A stretch of 64,000 nucleotides of DNA from Planctomycetota bacterium (GTDB taxonomy: Bacteria > Planctomycetota > UBA8108 > SXIK01): NCBI GenBank assembly GCA_965223845.1, contig CBDCXR010000004.1:7424001-7488000 (forward strand). Reading direction: 5' to 3'. The notes under the pieces were generated by a model. It had not been told where the DNA came from, searched no databases, and saw nothing but the letters and a program-made list of their open reading frames with translations. Shown here piece after piece: positions 26,682-35,724 of the stretch. Position numbers and translations under genes: made by a program. The number at the start of each line of letters is the position of its first letter. Position 1 is the stretch's first letter.

Positions 26682-27916
26682 GACACACCGTTCACCGCGA
26701 AGTCGAAGATGTCGAAATTGCGCAGATCGCCGAGCGCACGCTGCGAGTACGAATCGCGAAGCGGTTCCGAGACGATGAACGGCACCATTTCCTCGTAGCG
26801 CCCGCCGTGCGAGCGAAGCCCGCGCGCGACCGCGCTGAGATCGTGCTTCTCGGGTGTTCGACCGATCGTCGTGTCGCGGCCGGCGAGGACGACGAGATCG
26901 CCGATCCGGTCGGCGGGAAGCTCGAGTTCGCGTGCGGCGACGCTGCGCTCGTGAACCTCAGTGATGCCGTGCAGCGAGAGGATTCGACGCGCGACCGCGG
27001 CGCGATCGACGCCCTCGGGTAGATATACCGTCGCATACGATCCGAGGGCGCCGTGGTGAACGACGTACGGGTCGGTGATCGGGAGAATCACGCGGACGCT
27101 GGGGCCGAGCTCGGCCGTGAGGATGGACTCGAGAAACACGACCTTCGGCGATCCATCCGGATGCTGCTTCGCGTTCATTCCGTGATCGGCCGTGATGCCG
27201 ACAATGACGCCGGCGGCGGCGAGGCGACCGAGTCGGTCGTCGATGCCCGCGTAGAACTCGAGCGCCGGATCTTCGTCTGGCGAGTACTTATGCTGCATGA
27301 AGTCCGTGAGCGAGAGGTACGCAAAATCCGCTCGAGATTCCTCGACGAGGCGTACGCCGGCTTCGAGGACGAACAGGCTGGCGTCCGCGCTGTAGATCTT
27401 CGGCGTTTGCGCGCCCACGAGGCGCTCGACGTCACCGATCCCGTGCGTCTCCGCCTGCGCCTCGTCCGCCCGCTCCGCGGAGAAAGCGATTCCCGAGAGG
27501 TCGTGCGCGAGGAGCGCACGCAGCTTGTCCTTCGCGGTGACCGCGGCCACTCGCCGGCCGGCGCGTGCCGCCGCCGCGAGGATGGTCGGCGCTCGGAGGT
27601 AGCTCGCCGAGTTCATCATCACTTCTTCTCCGCTCTCGCGATCGAAGAAGAAGTTGCCGGAGATTCCGTGCTCCGCCGGCGGAACGCCGGTCGTGATCGA
27701 GGCGTTGTTGGTATTCGTAAACGAAGGCAGCGCCGCCCGCGCGAAACCGCGAAATCCACGTTCGGCCAGCGCCGAGAGATGCGGCATCCGCCCGCGAACC
27801 ATCGCGGCGTCCAGGTACTCGTCGGCGCAGCCGTCGATGCAAACGACGGCGACGGGTCGCGCCGGCGGAGTGTAGTCGCGTCCGTTCACGCGGAACGGCG
27901 AAGTCGTGGGCGGCAA
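26678..27916 (-). CDS. phnA: Phosphonoacetate hydrolase
   Basis: VNGRDY, VCIDG, PSFTN, HGISGN, YLSLTDFMQH, TADHGM, DPYVVHHGALGS, LRSHGG; probable TTG start after GAGGA. Confidence 0.93.
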   Translation of the reverse strand: MPPTTSPFRVNGRDYTPPARPVAVVCIDGCADEYLDAAMVRGRMPHLSALAERGFRGFARAALPSFTNTNNASITTGVPPAEHGISGNFFFDRESGEEVMMNSASYLRAPTILAAAARAGRRVAAVTAKDKLRALLAHDLSGIAFSAERADEAQAETHGIGDVERLVGAQTPKIYSADASLFVLEAGVRLVEESRADFAYLSLTDFMQHKYSPDEDPALEFYAGIDDRLGRLAAAGVIVGITADHGMNAKQHPDGSPKVVFLESILTAELGPSVRVILPITDPYVVHHGALGSYATVYLPEGVDRAAVARRILSLHGITEVHERSVAARELELPADRIGDLVVLAGRDTTIGRTPEKHDLSAVARGLRSHGGRYEEMVPFIVSEPLRDSYSQRALGDLRNFDIFDFAVNGVS

Positions 27917-28094
27917 GCTGAGATCCTCGGTTCGGAGTCCGTTTTCTCGCCCGCGGTCGGGCGGCGAGGGGACGCCATGGTAGCGCGAGGCACTTTCGAG
28001 ATGCCACCGCATCGGGCCTCGCTACTGCGGAGTGAGCGTATTCACGGTATCCTCCTCCCCTCGACACGAGATTCGATCGGAGGACTTGAGACCC

Positions 28095-29504
28095 ATGCCC
28101 CGAGAGACCGACATTCGTCCGGTCGCCGCCGCTGTTCATTTCTTACCGATCGAGACGCGTCTCCCGCTCAAGTTTGGAACGGAGACCTTGACCTCCGTGA
28201 CGCTCGCGCGCGTCCGGATCCGCGTGGAGGATCGGAGCGGGCGATCGGCGGAGGGTTGGGGTGAGACACCACTCAGCGTTCAGTGGGTCTGGCCGAGCTC
28301 GCAGTCCTACGCGTCCCGCCTTCGTGTACTCGAGCGGTTCACCGTCGACCTCGCGGAGCGCTGGCTCGACTTGGACGAGTTCGGGCACCCGGTCGAGATC
28401 GGGCACCGATTCGTATCTTCCTCCCTCAAGGAGGCGCTCGAGCACACACGCGCGCGCGCGGACCTCGAGGCGAGCGAGATGCCGTGGCTCGCCGCACTCG
28501 TTTCGGCTTCGCCGTTCGACCTCGCCCTTCATGACGCCTACGGAATTCTTCACGGCCGTCCGGTGTACGAGACCTACACCGGAGAGTTCATGAACGAGGA
28601 TCTCACGCACTTTCTCGAGCCGGCCGAGGGCAGCGCGGTGTCGTTCCGCGGTCTGTACCCCGCCGACTTTCTCGTCGACGCTCCCGCGACGCTTCCGGCT
28701 TGGCATCTCGTCGGTGGGAAGGACGCCGTGGTCGAGAGTGAGCTCACCGGGGACGAGCCAGACGATGGGTATCCCGTCCTCCTGAGCGATTGGATCCGGC
28801 GCGACGGCCTCGATTGCCTCAAGGTGAAGCTCCGCGGAAACGATGCGCCTTGGGACTACGACCGACTCGTCGCCGTCGGCCGTGTCGCGCGCGAAGGCGG
28901 AGCTCACTGGCTGAGCGCGGACTTCAACTGCACGGTCGAGGATCCTGCGTACGTGAATGAAATCCTCGACCGTCTCGTCGTCGATGAGCCGTCTCTCTAC
29001 GGCATGCTCCTCTACGTCGAGCAGCCGTTTCCGTACGAGCTCAGTGAGCATCGCATCGACGTCCACTCGACGTCTGCGCGGAAACCACTCTTCATGGACG
29101 AGAGCGCGCACGACTGGACGCTCGTCCGCCTCGGCCGGTCGCTCGGATGGACGGGCGTCGCGTTGAAGACGTGCAAGACGCAGACCGGCGCACTCCTCGC
29201 GCTCTCGTGGGCGAAGGCGCACGGTATGACGCTGATGGTACAGGATCTCACCAATCCGATGCTCGCTCAGGTGCCGCACGTTCTCCTCGCGGCGCACGCC
29301 GGTACGATCATGGGCGTCGAAACGAACGCCATGCAGTTCTACCCGGACGCTTCGGCGGCCGAGGCCGCAGTGCATCCCGGGATCTATCGGCGGCGCGGCG
29401 GCCGCGTCGACCTCTCGACGGTGACGGGATCGGGTTTCGGCTATCGCGCCGAGGAGATCGCTCGGACCATCCCTCCCCCGGTCGCCGAGTGTGGTCGCAG
29501 CTGA
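28095..29504 (+). CDS. Enolase superfamily (mandelate racemase/MLE-like) protein
   Basis: PLKFG, LKVKL, SADFN, YVEQP, MDES, ALKTCK motifs. Confidence 0.85.
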   Translation: MPRETDIRPVAAAVHFLPIETRLPLKFGTETLTSVTLARVRIRVEDRSGRSAEGWGETPLSVQWVWPSSQSYASRLRVLERFTVDLAERWLDLDEFGHPVEIGHRFVSSSLKEALEHTRARADLEASEMPWLAALVSASPFDLALHDAYGILHGRPVYETYTGEFMNEDLTHFLEPAEGSAVSFRGLYPADFLVDAPATLPAWHLVGGKDAVVESELTGDEPDDGYPVLLSDWIRRDGLDCLKVKLRGNDAPWDYDRLVAVGRVAREGGAHWLSADFNCTVEDPAYVNEILDRLVVDEPSLYGMLLYVEQPFPYELSEHRIDVHSTSARKPLFMDESAHDWTLVRLGRSLGWTGVALKTCKTQTGALLALSWAKAHGMTLMVQDLTNPMLAQVPHVLLAAHAGTIMGVETNAMQFYPDASAAEAAVHPGIYRRRGGRVDLSTVTGSGFGYRAEEIARTIPPPVAECGRS

Positions 29505-29517
29505 CGGAGTCGATCGA

Positions 29518-30261
29518 ATGCTGAAGGACAAGAGCGTCCTCATCACGGGTGCCTCGAGCGGAATCGGAGAAGCGACGGCCGTCGCGATCGGCGCGCGAAA
29601 AGCAAAGGTGACGCTCGTCGCTCGTCGCCGCGAACGACTCGAGGCAGTGGCGGAGCGAGTGACGCGAGCCGGCGGCGAAGCGCTCGTCGCGCCGGCCGAC
29701 GTGCGAGGCGAGGACGAGCTTCGGTCGGCGTTCGACGCGTCGATGGCTCACTGGGGCCGGCTCGACGTTCTCGTGAACAGCGCGGGCGTCGGGCGTTCGG
29801 CATCGCTACTCACGGGCGAAACCGAAGAGTGGCGCGAGATGGTCGAAGTGAACGTGCTCTCGCTCTCCGCGGCGACGCGAGAAGCGATCGCACGCTTCGA
29901 CGAAAAGCGAGGCGGGCACATCGTCCACATCTCGAGTCTTTCGGGACACCGCATCCCGCCGAAGGGAGGTTTCTACGCCGCGACGAAGTTCGCCGTACGG
30001 GCGCTCACCGAAGCGCTGCGACTCGAACTCCGCGCCGCCGGCAATCCCACGCGAGTGAGCTCGATCTCGCCGGGATTCGTGGCGACGGACTTCTTCCTCG
30101 GTCTCGACGTCGAAGCTCAGGCCAAGATCCGCGCGACCCGCGAATCCGTACGATTTCTCGATCCGGAAGACATCGCGGCATCGATCGTCCACGTGCTCGA
30201 AGCCCCGCCGCACGTCGCTGTCCACGACGTGCTCCTCCGCTCGTCGGAACAAGCGACGTAG
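29518..30261 (+). CDS. SDR family oxidoreductase
   Basis: TGASSGIG, VNSAG, YAATK, ISPG. Confidence 0.92.
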   Translation: MLKDKSVLITGASSGIGEATAVAIGARKAKVTLVARRRERLEAVAERVTRAGGEALVAPADVRGEDELRSAFDASMAHWGRLDVLVNSAGVGRSASLLTGETEEWREMVEVNVLSLSAATREAIARFDEKRGGHIVHISSLSGHRIPPKGGFYAATKFAVRALTEALRLELRAAGNPTRVSSISPGFVATDFFLGLDVEAQAKIRATRESVRFLDPEDIAASIVHVLEAPPHVAVHDVLLRSSEQAT

Positions 30262-30273
30262 ACGTCGACCAAG

Positions 30274-31452
30274 TCAGCACTCTCCGCCGCGAAGGGCGAG
30301 CGCGAGCCACGTACTCACGCCGACGCTCATCGCGTCGTCGTCGACGAGGAAGCGCGGGTGATGGCAGAAATAGTGCGTGCCCTTCGCTTCGTTTCGGTTC
30401 CCTAAGAACAGAAACGCGGCGGGGATTTTCTCGCCGTAGTAGGCGAAGTCCTCGCCACCGAGAGTCGGTTCAACGCCTTCGTCGATACGAGCGACGCCAT
30501 CGAGTGCACCGAGCGCGGCCTCGCAGGAGGCCTCCTCGTTGAACACGACGGGAAATCCCCGCTCGACATCGATCTCGACCGTGACACCGTGCGCGCCCGC
30601 GACTCCGCGCGCGACCTCGACCAGCCGTTCGCGCGCGACCTCTCCCACTTCCGGGCGAAACGTCCGTATCGTCCCGCGAAGCTCCGCCGCTGCGGGGATG
30701 ACGTTGTCGGCGGTCCCCGCGTGAAACTGCGTGACGCTGAGGACGGCCGCGTCGAGGGGATTGACGCTGCGCGCGACGATCGTTTGAAGTGCGCTGACGA
30801 TCTCCGCCGCGACCGGGATCGGATCGCGACACTTGAACGGAGCGGCTGCGTGCCCACCGACTCCCGTTACGGTGATGCGCCAATTGTCCGGTGAAGCCAT
30901 CGTCGGGCCGTTGTGCACGCCGACGAGACCGGTGTCGATGAGCGGCCACACGTGCATCCCGTAGATGCGGTCGACGCCATCGAGACACCCGTCCGCGATC
31001 ATCGCGGGCGCGCCGCCCGGAAGATTCTCCTCGTTCGGTTGGAAGATGAACCGAAGAGAACAGGGGATCGATTCGCGCGCTCCCGCGAGCGCTGTCGCCG
31101 CGCCGAGAAGCATCGCGGTGTGGGCGTCGTGACCGCACATGTGCGCCGCGCCCGGGTTTCGACTTTTGTGCGGGAGATCGTTCTCCTCGTCCATCGGGAG
31201 CGCGTCCATGTCGGCTCGAAACGCGAGACGTTTCTCTGAGCCGGGAACGTCGATGTCGGCGACCACGCCCGTTCGCCCGATCCCCTCGCGCACGGCGAGG
31301 CCGCTCTCGCGGAGTACACGCGCGGCGAGTGCGGCCGTGCGAACAGTGTCGAAACCGATCTCGGGATCGGCGTGGATCGTACGCTGCCATTTGATGACGC
31401 GCTCGGCGACGCTCGCGGCGAGCGCTTCGATGTCTCGGATCGTCTTAGTCAT
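30274..31452 (-). CDS. M20D family amidohydrolase
   Basis: RADMDALP, HMCGHDAH, FQPNEE, GGHAA, GEDF, HHPRF. Confidence 0.93.
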   Translation of the reverse strand: MTKTIRDIEALAASVAERVIKWQRTIHADPEIGFDTVRTAALAARVLRESGLAVREGIGRTGVVADIDVPGSEKRLAFRADMDALPMDEENDLPHKSRNPGAAHMCGHDAHTAMLLGAATALAGARESIPCSLRFIFQPNEENLPGGAPAMIADGCLDGVDRIYGMHVWPLIDTGLVGVHNGPTMASPDNWRITVTGVGGHAAAPFKCRDPIPVAAEIVSALQTIVARSVNPLDAAVLSVTQFHAGTADNVIPAAAELRGTIRTFRPEVGEVARERLVEVARGVAGAHGVTVEIDVERGFPVVFNEEASCEAALGALDGVARIDEGVEPTLGGEDFAYYGEKIPAAFLFLGNRNEAKGTHYFCHHPRFLVDDDAMSVGVSTWLALALRGGEC

Positions 31453-31503
31453 TTGTCTCCTTCGACGTCGAGTACGCGCGTGCGCGGGATGGCACGCCGT
31501 CGA

Positions 31504-32766
31504 TTAGACGAGCTGTGACGGTTGGCCGGTCGTCTCGAGCACGGCTGTCCAGAGTGAACCGGCCGGATCGAGCTTCTTTCGCCGCCCCGCGACCATCGCG
31601 AGCGGAATGTGCACGAATCGGTCGGCGTAGTAGCCGACGATGAGATCCGTCCGTCCGGACATCGCCGCGTGGACCGCGTGGCGCGAGAGCTGCGCGCAGA
31701 AAACGGAGTCGTCTGCGGTCGCCGGGACACTGCGGATGAGATAGCTCGGGTCGATGTACTTCATGCTGATCTCCGTCCCGCGCCCCTCGAAGTGCCGCCG
31801 GATTTCTTCGCGGATCGTGAGTGCGACGTCACCGCTCGTCTGCCGGTCGCGGAGTCCGTGTCCAGCCCCCTCGGCGACGACGATCACCGCGTGGTCGCGC
31901 GCTTCGAGTCGCCGCTCGAGCTGTGCGAGTAGACCGCGCGGGCCGTCGAGATCGAACGGAACCTCGGGCACGAGGCAAAAATTGACGTCGCCGCTCGCGA
32001 CGGTAGCGGCGGCCGCGATGAAGCCCGACTCGCGTCCCATGAGGCGAATGACCGCGATGCCGTTCGGATAGCCGCGCGCTTCGGTGTGGCCGCACTCGAT
32101 CGCGCTCACAGCTTCGGCGACGGCGGATTCGAAGCCGAAGGACTTCTGAATGACGGCGATGTCGTTGTCGATCGTCTTCGGGACGCCGATGACCGCGATC
32201 TCGAGCCCTCGCCGAAGGATCTCCGTCGCGATGCGGTGCGCACCGAGCATCGTGCCGTCGCCCCCGATCGTGAAGAGAGCGCGAACTTCGCGGCGCGCGA
32301 GCTCATCGACCATGACGGTCGCGTCGCGCCGCCCGCGCGAGGAGCGAAGGAAGGAGCCGCCACGCGTGTGGATTTGACTCACGCGCTCGGCGGTGAGCTC
32401 GATCGGTTCGTGGCCGAACGCAGGATCGAGACCCTGGTAGCCGTAGCGGAAGCCGAGGATCCGGCGGACGCCGTAGGTCTTCTCGAGCTGGATCGTCAGA
32501 CCGCGGATCACGTCGTTCAGACCCGGACAGAGACCGCCACACGTGACGATTCCGCAGGTGAGCTCGGCCGGGTCGAAGTAGAGCGCGTCGCGCGGCCCTG
32601 CGAGCTCGAAATAGCGCGGGGCGTCTGGGGCGGCCGACTCGATGCGTGAACGCAGAGTCTCGACGGGGACACCCTCCCCGTCCGGGACGAACACGGAGTC
32701 GGGAATCGGGGAAGGATACGTCGCGGGCGCGAAGGTCCGGATCGCGTGAAGCGCGTCGTGAGTCAT
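31504..32766 (-). CDS. pfkA: 6-phosphofructokinase (group X type, predicted ATP-dependent)
   Basis: TCGGLCPGLN, GGDGT, PKTIDND, MGRESG, KYIDPSY. Confidence 0.9.
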   Translation of the reverse strand: MTHDALHAIRTFAPATYPSPIPDSVFVPDGEGVPVETLRSRIESAAPDAPRYFELAGPRDALYFDPAELTCGIVTCGGLCPGLNDVIRGLTIQLEKTYGVRRILGFRYGYQGLDPAFGHEPIELTAERVSQIHTRGGSFLRSSRGRRDATVMVDELARREVRALFTIGGDGTMLGAHRIATEILRRGLEIAVIGVPKTIDNDIAVIQKSFGFESAVAEAVSAIECGHTEARGYPNGIAVIRLMGRESGFIAAAATVASGDVNFCLVPEVPFDLDGPRGLLAQLERRLEARDHAVIVVAEGAGHGLRDRQTSGDVALTIREEIRRHFEGRGTEISMKYIDPSYLIRSVPATADDSVFCAQLSRHAVHAAMSGRTDLIVGYYADRFVHIPLAMVAGRRKKLDPAGSLWTAVLETTGQPSQLV

Positions 32767-32788
32767 CGCCGAAGGAGGCTCCCGCCGC

Positions 32789-33991
32789 TTAGAGATCCTC
32801 GTCCTCCTCCGCGTCGCCGTCGGCCGGCTCGGGTGCGCTCTCGCCACCGCCCGGCTCCGCCTCGCCTTCGGGCGCTTCCTTGGTTCTCAGCTCGCCCCGC
32901 TCGTCCAGACGGTCGAGCTCGGCTTTGGCCCACTCCTCGTCGATCTCGCCCGAGATCACCAAATTGTCGAGCGTGAACACGATCTTGTTGAACTGGAAGC
33001 GCACATAGCCGCCGCGGTCCTCGGGTAGGGGCGCCTCGACCAGTCCCTTCGATGCCATCTCGACGCGGCAGGTGTCGTCGCGCACACCGAACGCGATGCG
33101 CGTCGAATCGCCCCGGCGCGGAAACCAGTGACGCGGAGAGCGGCGATACTCCTTGATCGGCGTCAGTTGCTTACCCCGCCGCTGGCCGCCGGAGATCCGA
33201 GTGATCGTGTTGAAGAACTGGGTCTCGTAGCCCGATTTCTTCTTCGGGTCCCAGTTGACGATCGCAGAGAACTGCGACTGACCGCCGATCAGATTCGGCA
33301 GGCGAAAGCCGAACTCGAGCCACGTCTTTCCTTTGAGAGGAAAGCGCGAAGTCCACTGACCCCGACCCAGGCCGATCGCGGTGAGTCCGGGATAGAGCTT
33401 CTCGCCGTCCTTCTGGTCGCCGTGGAGGATGAACTTTCGATTCGAGCCTTGGATCATCTCGCTGTCGGAATCGTGGACTCCCTGGCCCTCGAATCCGCGC
33501 GTGATCTGCCCCTTATCGTCGAAAGTGATCGTAACGCGGCCATCCTCGATCTTCGCTTTCCCGCCGAAAAGCGAGCGCGCGTTCAGCTCGACCAGCTTCG
33601 CGAGTCGTGCCCGCGCGACGACCGTACGCGATGACGAGCCGCGCTTCTTCTTCGACCGCCGCTCGCGCTCTTCTCTCTTGGATCTTCGCTTCTTCTTCGA
33701 CGAATCACTCTCGTCTCGGTCCTGATCCTTCTCGCGGGCTTTTCGCTTCCGGCTCTTTTCGTCTCGTTCCTTCGACGTTCTCTTTTTCTTCTTTTTCTTC
33801 TTCTTCTCTTCGTCGTCACGCTCCCGCACGCGTTGAGAGCGTTCCTTCCTCTCGCCGTCCGTGTCGTCTCGGTCGAGTGAGCGGGACTCGGCAGGGAGGG
33901 ACTCCGCGGGAACGCAGAAAACGGTGGCGAGAAGACAGAGGAATCCGATCCGCGGAAAGAAGGAACCGACTCTGCGCTGAGCTTGAGGCAT
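32789..33991 (-). CDS. Secreted hypothetical protein with Lys/Arg/Glu-rich low-complexity region and beta-rich C-domain
   Basis: Signal-like N-terminus, poly-K run, globular C-terminal part, acidic tail. Confidence 0.7.
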   Translation of the reverse strand: MPQAQRRVGSFFPRIGFLCLLATVFCVPAESLPAESRSLDRDDTDGERKERSQRVRERDDEEKKKKKKKKRTSKERDEKSRKRKAREKDQDRDESDSSKKKRRSKREERERRSKKKRGSSSRTVVARARLAKLVELNARSLFGGKAKIEDGRVTITFDDKGQITRGFEGQGVHDSDSEMIQGSNRKFILHGDQKDGEKLYPGLTAIGLGRGQWTSRFPLKGKTWLEFGFRLPNLIGGQSQFSAIVNWDPKKKSGYETQFFNTITRISGGQRRGKQLTPIKEYRRSPRHWFPRRGDSTRIAFGVRDDTCRVEMASKGLVEAPLPEDRGGYVRFQFNKIVFTLDNLVISGEIDEEWAKAELDRLDERGELRTKEAPEGEAEPGGGESAPEPADGDAEEDEDL

Positions 33992-34109
33992 CGGGGAGAA
34001 CCTAGTCTGAACGGCTGGAAGGAGGTCCCAGATCGCGGCGGACCGCCGGCCTCCGAGTCTATCAAGGAGGGCGGATGCGGTTCAGCGGTTTTCCGGTCCG
34101 GAGGGTCCG

Positions 34110-35543
34110 CTATTCGCTGAGACGTCCGAGCGCATCGGCGATCAGCTCGGTCTCGCCCGGAAGGACCGTCCGGAAGTCGAGCTGAAACGCGTCGGCTTGA
34201 ATGCGTCCGAACACCGGCGGTCTCCCCGTGCGCAGCGCCTTCGCGATCGCAGCCGGCGCGAGGCGCGGGTGGTGAAGCGCGAGCGCCCAGCTCGGAATCT
34301 CCTGATCGGGGAGCGCCCCGCTCCCTGCTTGCGCCGCGGAGGCGACGAGCTCGGTCCGCCACTCCGGAGCGCGCGCGGCGATGAGTTTCGCGCACCCTTC
34401 TGCCCGTCTCTTCACGGCGTCCGCGGACTGCATGACGCACCGGAGCGTCGGGTGGGTCGATTCGAGTCGATCGGGATCGCGCAGAGTGCGCAGCGTCGAT
34501 TCGAGCAATACGAGCGTCGCCTTGTCGACGCGCAGGGCGCGAAAGAGCGGGTGGCGCCGCGCCGCTTCCACCGCGTCCTTTCGCCCGACGATGATTCCCG
34601 CCTGCGGTCCGCCGAGAAGCTTGTCGCCGGAGAAGCAAACGGCGTCGGCACCAGCGAGTACGCGATCGCGGACGAGAGGCTCCGGCTCGAAGCCGTAGGG
34701 GCTCAAGTCGACAAAGCAGCCCGAGCCAAGATCGGAGACGACTGGGATCCCGCGGTCGCGTCCGAGCGCGACGAGCTCGGCGAGCTCGGGCGTGTGCGTG
34801 AACCCGCGGACCGCGTAGTTCGACGTATGGACTTGGAGGAGAAGTCCCGTTTCGGGACCGATCGCGTTCTCATAGTCGCGCACGTAGGTCCGATTGGTGG
34901 TACCCACCTCGACCAGGCGCGCGCCGCTCTCTCGCAGGATGTCCGGGATGCGGAACGATCCGCCGATTTCGACGAGCTCTCCGCGTGAGACGATCACTTC
35001 TCGCTCCCGAGCGAGGCTCGCGAGAAGAAGGAGCGTAGCCGCGGCGTTGTTGTTGACGACAGTCGCCGCCTCCGCGCCGGTCAGTTCACCGAGGAGCCCC
35101 GCGAGGGAGGACTCCCGGCGGTTGCGTTCACCGGTCTCGCGATCGACCTCGACGACGGTGTACCCCCGGAGCGAAGCCGCGAGCGACTTGATCGCCGTCG
35201 GTGCGAGGACGGCTCGCCCGAGGCCCGTGTGCAAGATGACTCCCGTCGCGTTCACCGCCCGCGGGTACTCCGATTCGAGCTCGGCGTCGAGGCGGCGGGC
35301 GAAGCTCCGCTCGAGCGACGAGGTCTCCAGCTCGCGCTCGAATTCCTCCGCCGAGAGTGCGTTCGCGACGACGCTCTGACGCAGCTCGTCGACGAGCCCG
35401 CGAAGAGCGGCGAGGATCGCGCTCGGTGGAGCGGTCGCCGCGGCCGACTCGACCGCTTCGAGCTGACGCAGGCGATCGATCTGCGGGAGCTGACGCAGTC
35501 GTGCGCGCTGGTCGTCGGAGAGGGGGGAATGCGGGCTCGTCAT
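34110..35543 (-). CDS. selA: L-seryl-tRNA(Sec) selenium transferase
   Basis: NATGVILHTGLGRA, VVNNNAAA, SRGELVEIGGSFRIP, EVGTTNRT, FSGDKLLGGPQAG, RALRVDK. Confidence 0.97.
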   Translation of the reverse strand: MTSPHSPLSDDQRARLRQLPQIDRLRQLEAVESAAATAPPSAILAALRGLVDELRQSVVANALSAEEFERELETSSLERSFARRLDAELESEYPRAVNATGVILHTGLGRAVLAPTAIKSLAASLRGYTVVEVDRETGERNRRESSLAGLLGELTGAEAATVVNNNAAATLLLLASLAREREVIVSRGELVEIGGSFRIPDILRESGARLVEVGTTNRTYVRDYENAIGPETGLLLQVHTSNYAVRGFTHTPELAELVALGRDRGIPVVSDLGSGCFVDLSPYGFEPEPLVRDRVLAGADAVCFSGDKLLGGPQAGIIVGRKDAVEAARRHPLFRALRVDKATLVLLESTLRTLRDPDRLESTHPTLRCVMQSADAVKRRAEGCAKLIAARAPEWRTELVASAAQAGSGALPDQEIPSWALALHHPRLAPAAIAKALRTGRPPVFGRIQADAFQLDFRTVLPGETELIADALGRLSE

Positions 35544-35724
35544 AGCGATGTTCTCGGTCGCTCGGCGGTTCCTTGTTCGACCGATCGCGAGATCCGAACA
35601 GATCGCCTAACGCAGGCGCCGAGGAGTACGCTTTCGCCGTCGATTATCGGGCCTCCTCCTGCGCGATGCTCGCCCCGGGCGCCCGAGCACCGGGAAATGC
35701 GCGAGCGGGCTCGGCGACCACGTG

